A DNA stretch of 64,000 bases from an uncultured delta proteobacterium (GTDB lineage: Bacteria; Myxococcota_A; UBA9160; SZUA-336), in contig CAVPHD010000010.1 in the NCBI GenBank assembly GCA_963704165.1, positions 32,001 through 96,000 on the forward strand. The letters are read 5' to 3'. The position numbers and the translations under genes were made by a program. Position 1 is the first letter of the stretch; every line of letters begins with the position of its first letter. Positions 58,235 through 64,000 of this stretch are shown here, piece after piece. The notes under the pieces were generated by a model. The model saw nothing but the letters and a program-made list of their open reading frames with translations. It did no database searches and was not told the origin of the DNA.

Positions 58235-59347
58235 CGCCTCGGGCTCAGCACAGGACGGCTCGGGAATCCAGCCGAGCTTCGCGAGCCGCGCGGCGATCGC
58301 GGCGGCGATGAAGCGGTTGCCGTGCGCGGAGTAGTGCGCGCCCGCTCCGTTCTCGAGCGTGCGCGCCTGGAAGAGCTCGCGCCGCTCGGGATCGGGAACG
58401 CGTTCGAGCTCGTCGCGAAGGTCCGCGAAGACGAGGCCCTCCGAGCGAACGCGCTCGATCGCCGCCGCCCCGAAGGCGGGGATCGCTTCGATCTCCGATG
58501 GACGCCCGTGCGCCGGGTGCGGCAGGTGCACGAGCAGGAAGCGAGCGTCGCGCTCCGCGGCCAGGCGCGCGAGCTCCCGGAAGATCGCCTCGTCCAGACG
58601 CTCGGCCTCGGCTTCGCTCATCACCTCGGGGATCGCTTCGCGTGGAGCGAGCCGGGTGATCACGGCGCGCGGAAGCTGGACGAGCCGGAGCTGCTCGAAG
58701 ATCGCCAGGTTCTGCGTCAGCACCGGCAGCAGATACGGCGCGCGCGGCACGGGCACGTTCTCCGCGACCAGCTTTCCGTCCGTCAGCCGAAGCACGGGCT
58801 TGCCGTAGCCGAGCATGTCGTCGTGGCGGACGCGCGCGAGATCGTCGCCGATGAACGCCAGGACCAGCACGTCCTGGTCGATCGCGAGACCGTCGCGCCG
58901 GTACCAGAGGTAGCTCTGATCGATTCCGTACCCCGACTGCCCCATGTTGGGCACCTCGAGCCGCGGACAGAGTCGCTCGAGCCAGGCCGGCCACGAGTCG
59001 GAATCGCCGACGTCGTAGCCGAGCGTGAACGAGTCGCCGAGCGCGACCACGCGCGACTTCCCGGGCGGGATCTCGGGCGAGAACTCGGACGCATTTCGGA
59101 ATCCCAGGGCGTTCGTGCTGACATCGAGTCCGGGACCGAAGACGTCCCTCGCGACGCGGCCCTTCTCGCTCGCCCAGCCGAGCTCGGGGTCGTAGACGGT
59201 ATGGACGCGCTCGGGCAGCGGCCGCCAGTAGTTCATCCGCCCCCACCAGACGAAATAGGCCAGGCTCGCGACGCCTTCGAGCAGCGCCAGCACGAGCCCG
59301 GTCGCGAGCAGGCCCTTCCAGATGCGGATTGGCGATCGACGGGTCAT
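58142..59347 (-). CDS. SGNH/GDSL-family protein
   Basis: TM anchor; LGDSF, NMGQSGYG, FIGDD and GAHYS motifs; 3' end overlaps the convergent GT2. Confidence 0.78.
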   Translation of the reverse strand: MTRRSPIRIWKGLLATGLVLALLEGVASLAYFVWWGRMNYWRPLPERVHTVYDPELGWASEKGRVARDVFGPGLDVSTNALGFRNASEFSPEIPPGKSRVVALGDSFTLGYDVGDSDSWPAWLERLCPRLEVPNMGQSGYGIDQSYLWYRRDGLAIDQDVLVLAFIGDDLARVRHDDMLGYGKPVLRLTDGKLVAENVPVPRAPYLLPVLTQNLAIFEQLRLVQLPRAVITRLAPREAIPEVMSEAEAERLDEAIFRELARLAAERDARFLLVHLPHPAHGRPSEIEAIPAFGAAAIERVRSEGLVFADLRDELERVPDPERRELFQARTLENGAGAHYSAHGNRFIAAAIAARLAKLGWIPEPSCAEPEASSVRPAPGEVANHVEQTPRVPTQRERERIE

Positions 59348-59478
59348 GTGATACCGACCACGGGCGAGCCGGGGCTCGGTGCGGAGGTGGAAATATCGCC
59401 GGGACTCATCGCGTCGAAGGTAGCCGAACGGATGCGTGAACCGAGCCGGGAATCCTCCGACCGCTGCTGCGATCACGG

Positions 59479-60225
59479 GTGGGTCCCGTGAACGCGGTGA
59501 TCCTCGGAGGCACGCGCGGCATCGGTCGGGCGCTCGGTCGGGCGCTCGCGGAGCGCGGCGCGCGACTCGGCCTGCTCGGGCGGAACGAACGGGAGCTCGC
59601 GCACTCTGCCTCGGACCTGGCTCTGCGGGGCGCCTCGGGAGCCGTCGCGACGTTGCACTGCGACCTCGACTCCCCCGCGGACTTCGGCGCCGCCCTCGAG
59701 ACCGCGGAGCGGCAGATCGGCAGGCTCGACCTCGTCGTGGTCACGGCCGGCGAGTTCGGCACCCAGGAGGATCTCGAGACCGACCCGGATCTGTGTCGGC
59801 GGGTGCTCGATCTCGACTTCACCAAGACCGTGCTCTTCTGCGAGCAGGCCCGAATCCGCCTGCTCGCGGGTGGCGGCGGCACGCTCTGCGTCTTTTCATC
59901 GGTGGCGGGCGATCGCGCGCGAAAACCGGTCGTTCTCTACGGCGCGGCCAAGGCCGGCCTCAGTCACTACCTCGATGGCCTCGATCTGCGCCATCGCGCG
60001 GGCGGCCTGCGCGTGGTCACGGTCAAGCCCGGCTTCGTGCACACCGCGATGACGGAGGGTCTGCGGCCGCCGCCCTTCGCCGCGTCGCCGGAACGAGTTG
60101 CCGCCACCGTGCTGCGCGGAATCGATCGCGGCCGGCGCATCGTGTATGCGCCGCCGATCTGGCGCGCGGTCATGACGGCGATCCGCGCGCTTCCTCGCCC
60201 GGTGCTAAGGCGCGTGGCATTCTGA
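59479..60225 (+). CDS. dprE2: SDR, DprE2-like (decaprenylphospho-keto-pentose reductase)
   Basis: GGTRGIG, SSVAGDR, YGAAK and VKPGFV motifs; adjacent to DprE1- and UbiA-like genes. Confidence 0.7.
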   Translation: MGPVNAVILGGTRGIGRALGRALAERGARLGLLGRNERELAHSASDLALRGASGAVATLHCDLDSPADFGAALETAERQIGRLDLVVVTAGEFGTQEDLETDPDLCRRVLDLDFTKTVLFCEQARIRLLAGGGGTLCVFSSVAGDRARKPVVLYGAAKAGLSHYLDGLDLRHRAGGLRVVTVKPGFVHTAMTEGLRPPPFAASPERVAATVLRGIDRGRRIVYAPPIWRAVMTAIRALPRPVLRRVAF

Positions 60226-60271
60226 CGATCCGGACGAGAAGACCGATGTCGCGCGGGACGAAAGGAAGTTC

Positions 60272-61592
60272 GTGACCGAGATCTCGGGATGGGGCCGCTA
60301 CCCACGCATCGACGCGCGCGAGACGCGCGACGAGGATCTCGAGCGCGCGAGCCGCGAAGGCGTGCTGTTTCGAGGGCTCGGCCGTTCGTATGGCGATGCG
60401 TCGCTCCCGGCGCAGAGTGGCGCGCACGTCGTCTCGACGACGCGCGCGGATCGTCTGCTCGCATTCGACACGACGAGCGGCGTGCTGCGCGCCGAGGCCG
60501 GTCTCGCGCTCGCCGAGCTGAACCGGGTCTTCCTGCCGCGCGGATTCGCGCCGCCGGTGGTTCCGGGTACGCAGTTCGTGACGCTCGGCGGGCTCGTCGC
60601 GTGCGATGTTCACGGCAAGAACCACCACGGAGCGGGCACGTTCGGACGCCACGTCCGCGCGCTTCGCATGCGCGCGCCGGACGGCCGCGCGCTCGAGGTG
60701 TCGGAGACCCACGAGCCCGAGCTCTTCCTCGCGACCCAGGGCGGCATGGGCCTGACCGGCCAGATCCTCGAGGTCGAGCTGGAATTGCGACGCGTTCCGT
60801 CGCCCTGGATACGAGCGGAGACGCGCGCGTTCCCCGACATCGACGCGCTCGTGGCCGGTCTGCGCGAAGCGAGCCAGCATTCGCCCTACACGCTCGCGTG
60901 GAGCGACACGACCGCGCGTGGCCGCTCGCTCGGGCGCGGAATCCTGATCACGGGCGATTGGGCCGAGCCCGGCTCGGCGCCGGCTCGCGCGCCGTCGTTT
61001 CGTGCGCCGATCGAGATGCCGGTCGATCTGCCCTCGGGCCTGATCGCGCCCTGGAGCATTCGGCTGTTCAACTCGGCGTACTTCCACCTGCACCGGCGTG
61101 CGCGGACCGGCATCGCTCATCCGCGCGCGTTCTTTCACCCGCTCGACTTCATCGGTCACTGGAATCGAGCGTACGGACGACGCGGATTCGTGCAGTACCA
61201 GTGCGTCGTGCCCGTAGATCGCAGATCCAGGAATCGTGCGGCGCTTGTTCGAGATCCTCCGTCGGATGGACGGGGCGTCGCCGGTCTCGGTGGTGAAGGA
61301 CTTCGGCGCGCAGGCGCGCGGGCTGCTCTCGTTCCCGCATCCCGGCGTGACGATCGCGCTCGACCTGCCGATGCGCGGCGCGGCCACGCAGGCGCTCGTC
61401 GATCGGTTGAACGACGAGGTCGCCGCCGCGGGCGGCCGCATCTATCTCGCCAAGGACGCCCTCACCCGCCCGGATCACTTCCTCGCGATGGAGCACCGCT
61501 TTCCCGCCTGGAACGAGATCCGCCGGAAATGGGACCCCGAGGTCCGCTTGCGCAGCGCGCTGTCGGTACGCCTGCTCGGGGACGAGCCGTGA
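60272..61592 (+). CDS. dprE1: FAD-binding oxidoreductase, DprE1-like, one apparent frameshift near 61220
   Basis: GWGR, RGLGRSYGD, PGTQFVTLGG, DVHGKNHH, GGMGLTG and GFVQYQ, then in the +1 frame VKDFG, LSFP..G..IALD and GGRIYLAKD. Confidence 0.82.
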
Positions 61593-62500
61593 GCAGCGAC
61601 GCGTTGCGCAGCGGGCGGGAATCGAGCCTCGTGCTCGAGCTGATTCGCCTGGCGCGGCCGAAGGACTGGCTGAAGAACGTCTTCGTCCTGATGCCCTTGC
61701 CCTTCGCGCTCGCCGCTGGTGCTTCGCTCTCGGTCCGTTCGCTCGCGCTCGGGATCGCTGGCATGTGCCTGGTGAGCTCCGCGGTCTACGCGCTGAACGA
61801 CGTGCTCGACGCGGAGGTCGATCGCGCGAGCGCGCGGAAGCGCACGCGCCCGGTCGCTTCGGGTCGAGTCGCCCCGACGTGGGCAATCGGCATGGCGACC
61901 GCCTGGCTCGCAGCCGGGATGTCGCTCGGCTGGATCGCGGATCAGCCGGGCGCACTCGCGATCTTCGGACTCTACATCGCGCAGAACCTCGTCTACTCGT
62001 TCGGCGCGAAGCACGTGCCGCTCGTCGATGTCTTCCTGCTCTCGACCGGATTCGTGCTCCGCGTGGTGCTCGGCTGCGTGCTCGTCGGTGTCTGGCCCTC
62101 GAACTGGCTCCTGCTCTGCTCCTCGGCACTCGCCCTGCTGCTCGCGCTCGGAAAGCGCCGCGGTGAGCTGCTTCAATCGCCGAGCGAAGCCCACCGCCGT
62201 GCGCTCGCGGGCTACAGCCGTACCTACCTCGATCAGGCGATGGCCATCGTCGCGGGAATCACGCTCTTCAGCTACGCGCTCTATTCGATCGAGGCGCCGC
62301 TGCTCGTCCGGGGACGGGAGTTCGCATCGCTCCCGTTCGTCGTCTTCGGCGTGCTCGAATACCTGCGGCTCGCGCAGGTTCGGGACGAGGGCGAATCCCC
62401 CGTCGAGCTGCTGCTTCGCTCGCCCCGGCTGATCGTCACCGGCGCGGGCTGGGTGGCCGCGTCGCTCTGGAGCGTCGGATTGCCCGAGCTTCTCGGCTAG
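61589..62500 (+). CDS. ubiA: UbiA family polyprenyl-phosphate phosphoribosyltransferase
   Basis: RPKDWLKN, YALNDVLD..DR..KRTRPVASG, YS..KH, GFVLR and LGKRR motifs; GTG 61589 overlaps the DprE1 stop. Confidence 0.85.
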   Translation: MSSDALRSGRESSLVLELIRLARPKDWLKNVFVLMPLPFALAAGASLSVRSLALGIAGMCLVSSAVYALNDVLDAEVDRASARKRTRPVASGRVAPTWAIGMATAWLAAGMSLGWIADQPGALAIFGLYIAQNLVYSFGAKHVPLVDVFLLSTGFVLRVVLGCVLVGVWPSNWLLLCSSALALLLALGKRRGELLQSPSEAHRRALAGYSRTYLDQAMAIVAGITLFSYALYSIEAPLLVRGREFASLPFVVFGVLEYLRLAQVRDEGESPVELLLRSPRLIVTGAGWVAASLWSVGLPELLG

Positions 62501-63958
62501 CTCGACTCACCGTCGGCGTCGGCCGAAGCTCGCTTCGCGGGCTCGAAGAGCGCCAGCTGCCGATCGGCCACGCCGATCTCGTCGACCGGAATCACGTACT
62601 CGCCCGAGAAGCACGCGTCGCAGAAGCCGTGCTTCATCGACGCCTCGATCCGCCGCAATGACTCGAGCGACAGATACGCGAGGCTGTCGGCCCCGATCAT
62701 GCTGCGGATCTCCTCGACGCTGTGATTCGCCGCGATCAGCTCCGTTCGAGTGGGCGTGTCGATCCCGTAGTAGCACGGACCGGTCGTCGGTGGTGACGAC
62801 ACGCGTACGTGGACCTCGCGCGCTCCGGCACCGCGGAAGAGCGTGACGAGTTTCGAGAGCGTCGTGCCGCGCACGATCGAATCCTCGACGACGACCAGGC
62901 GCTTGCCCGCGACCATTTCTCGGATCGGATTGTGCTTCACACGAACGCCGAAGAGCCGGATCGATTGCTCCGGCTCGATGAAGGTGCGGCGCACGTAGTG
63001 GTTGCGGATCAGCGCATTCTCGTACGGGATGCCCGAAGCCTCGGCGAAGCCGAGCGCGGCCGACGTGCCCGAGTCGAGGACCGGCACGATCATGTCGGCA
63101 TCCACCGGGCTCTCGCGCGCGAGCTCGCGTCCGAGCTGCTTGCGGGTCTGGTAGACGTTCGTGCCGAAGACGAGCGAGTCGGGGCGCGCGAAGTAGATGT
63201 GCTCGAATACGCAGAGCTTCTCGGGCACGCGTGGAAGCGGTTGAACCGAGCGCAACCGCCCGCGCCGGATGATCACGATCTCGCCCGGCTCGACGTCGCG
63301 CTCGTACACGGCGCCGATCAGGTCGAAGGCGCAGGTCTCGCTCGCGACCACCCACGCCTGCCCCAGCCGGCCGAGCGAGAGGGGGCGGAACCCGTGCGGG
63401 TCGCGCGCCGCGATGAGCACGTCGTCGATCAAGAAGACCGCGGACCACGCGCCGCGCACCCGCGAGCACATGTCGCCGAGCCGTTCCTCGAGCGTTCCGC
63501 GCGCTCGCGCGAACAGGTGCACGAAGACCTCCGAATCCATCGTGCTCTGGAAGATCGAGCCGTGGCCTTCGAGCTCGGCGCGGATCGCGATGGCGTTGGT
63601 GAGATTTCCGTTGTGCGCCACCGCGACCACCGAGCGGCCCATGTTCGCGAGGAAGGGCTGGGCATCGCGCAGGTTGCTCGATCCGGCGGTCGAGTAGCGA
63701 ACGTGACCGATCGCGATCCGTCCCGGCAGATGCGACAGCTCGTCCTGCGAGAAGATCTCCGCGACCAGGCCCATGCCCTTGTGAATGTGGCTCTCGCCGC
63801 CGTCGCGCGTGACGATGCCCGCCGACTCCTGACCGCGGTGCTGCAGCGCGTAGAGCCCCAGGTACGCCAGGTTCGCCGCCTCGGGATGGCCGGCGATGCC
63901 CATCACGCCGCACTCCTCCCGGAAGCGATCGAGGCGATTGCGGCGGAATCTCGCTCAT
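62497..63958 (-). CDS. purF: amidophosphoribosyltransferase (apparent frameshift in the propeptide)
   Basis: EECGVMG (catalytic Cys at 63910-63912), LQHRGQES, GHVRYST, HNGNL, YFARPDS, VEDSIVRGTT and CYYGID motifs; ATG 63958 is one base out of frame. Confidence 0.93.
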
Positions 63959-64000
63959 CCAAGGGCCTCCGGAAGCGTGCGCGCCCAGACATCGTGCGCC
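63955..64000 (-). CDS. 3' end of the upstream gene, probably purL
   Basis: Reads AHDVWARTLPEALG* with ATGA overlap to the purF start; identity inferred only from the usual purL-purF order and the W..LP tail. Confidence 0.35.
   Translation of the reverse strand, partial: AHDVWARTLPEALG

Noticed and set aside
60272..62500. 742-aa DprE1-UbiA fusion
   Set aside because: The DprE1 C-terminus is in another frame ending at 61592, and UbiA has its own overlapping GTG start.
331..63958. Numerous long antisense or alternate-frame ORFs (e.g. 331-2259 +, 3166-4860 +, 9427-11172 -, 32888-35329 -, 44838-46676 +, 62507-63958 -)
   Set aside because: Arg/Ala/Pro-rich shadows of real genes, expected at this GC content; no motifs.
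63907..63958. purF lacking its catalytic N-terminal Cys, as called in the ORF track
   Set aside because: EECG is present in frame just upstream of the called start; the ATG is displaced by a probable one-base insertion.

Overview
High-GC bacterial chromosomal window (about 70% GC by eye; gene content suggests Myxococcota or a related deltaproteobacterium, which is inference). It is dominated by a very large surface-polysaccharide biosynthesis and decoration region. (1) 1-16.3 kb: glycosyltransferases interleaved with crotonyl-CoA carboxylase/reductase, an M55 D-aminopeptidase, a PaaK/CapK-like ligase, an AurF-type diiron oxygenase coupled to an ACP, a DltA-like adenylation enzyme, an AlgI/DltB-type MBOAT and several SGNH proteins. 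Together these look like a Dlt-like polymer-acylation pathway with an extra oxidative step. (2) 16.4-23.5 kb: regulatory island with a hybrid histidine kinase, a winged-helix/AAA/TPR regulator, three tandem Arc-like ribbon-helix-helix paralogues, a PilZ protein and an orphan ORF; its spacers share recurring TGA/TCA-rich motifs. (3) 23.6-33.0 kb: hybrid T2SS/MSHA-like operon, followed by a convergent secreted PKD/beta-helix protein. (4) 35.5-62.5 kb: more glycosyltransferases, Wzx, a carbamoyltransferase-SxtJ-DUF5989 module with deacetylase/SGNH/GMC/SDR, iorAB, a C-methyl-sugar cassette and DprE1/DprE2/UbiA-like genes. (5) purF and the probable end of purL. Many genes carry frameshifts that are all fixed by removing 1-2 bases, most likely sequencing errors. 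No rRNA, tRNA, CRISPR array or transposase was recognised.
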